Source: a virus (lineage: Duplodnaviria > Caudoviricetes). Taken from it: 64,000 bases of DNA. Under the pieces are notes generated by a model. It was not told the DNA's origin, made no database searches, and worked only from the letters and a program-made list of their open reading frames with translations. Location: positions 22,177 through 86,176 of IMG/VR virus record IMGVR_UViG_3300029288_000134; one strand, given 5' to 3'. Position 1 is the stretch's first letter; every line of letters starts with the position of its first letter. The position numbers and the translations under genes were made by a program. Below, in pieces: positions 63,667 through 64,000 of this stretch.

Positions 63667-63776
63667 GATATGGTGATAAGTTATAAACTTGTGACAGCGT
63701 AATTATAAACGCCCAACTTATTTGTACACCTAGACAACAACAGTATAACATAGTGCATGAGATGCGTCAAGTTCAC

Positions 63777-63998
63777 TTACACCTTGGCCACCACTATTCC
63801 TTGTTGGTTCTGATATTTTCCTTTCTTGTCTGCATAAGACACTTCGCATACTTCGTCTGCCTGAAAGAATATCATCTGAGCAATACCTTCGCAAGCATAC
63901 ACTTTGGCTGGCAACGGAGTAGTATTTGATATTTCGATAGTCAAAATGCCACGCCACATCGGCTCGCTAGGCGTGATATTTACGATAATTCCTAGCCT
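63777..63998 (-). CDS. dcd: dCTP deaminase, C-terminal part (truncated by the window edge)
   Basis: [44 protein letters not shown]...[14 protein letters not shown]. Confidence 0.9.
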   Translation of the reverse strand, partial: RLGIIVNITPSEPMWRGILTIEISNTTPLPAKVYACEGIAQMIFFQADEVCEVSYADKKGKYQNQQGIVVAKV

Positions 63999-64000
63999 AG

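Noticed and set aside
1323-63957. Numerous 60-150-aa ORFs antisense to or nested within long genes (e.g. 5084..5371, 14320..14733, 27868..28311, 37598..37990, 61086..61310, 63730..63957)
   Set aside because: Shadow ORFs: no RBS, no motifs, and they overlap well-supported genes.
1-64000. tRNA/rRNA genes, integrase/att site, transposase, alternative genetic code
   Set aside because: No cloverleaf with T-loop/CCA and no recombinase or transposase motifs were recognised by eye. Long ORFs read through under code 11 with TAA, TAG and TGA all used as stops.

Overview
This window is a large part of the genome of a tailed dsDNA bacteriophage. It is siphovirus-like: tail tube, frameshifted chaperones, 1343-aa tape measure and no sheath gene. 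It uses the standard genetic code. No rRNA, tRNA, CRISPR array, integrase or DNA polymerase was recognised. Layout: (i) 97-880, a non-coding repeat-rich region; (ii) 885-12551 (- strand), small hypothetical genes, a class II ribonucleotide reductase with two inteins, an amidase and thymidylate kinase; (iii) a divergent sigma70-type promoter pair at 12664-12725; (iv) 12753-55516 (+ strand), the late block: terminase, DUF935/Mu-like portal, a 14-gene glycosylation/acylation cluster, Mu-like protease/scaffold, gpE-like major capsid, appendage module, neck, tail and lysis/membrane genes; (v) a convergent terminator at 55573-55603; (vi) 55636-64000 (- strand), RNA ligase, VRR-NUC nuclease, intein-containing DnaB, glycoside-hydrolase-like lysin, SSB, HNH and partial dCTP deaminase. 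The most striking element is the 11-kb cluster between portal and protease (17318-28402). It has six glycosyltransferases, two methyltransferases, an NDP-sugar epimerase/dehydratase, a DegT aminotransferase, a WecD-like GNAT and an ACP/ketoreductase/adenylation-enzyme trio. I infer a self-contained pathway that makes an N-acylated, methylated amino-sugar glycan, probably attached to the virion. Other notable items: a C-terminal domain shared by two unrelated lysins, a promoter-leader-terminator in front of the head genes, several structured RNA candidates and a -1 frameshift. All family assignments come from motif recognition by eye; no database searches or folding programs were run. A Chloroflexota host is a tentative inference.
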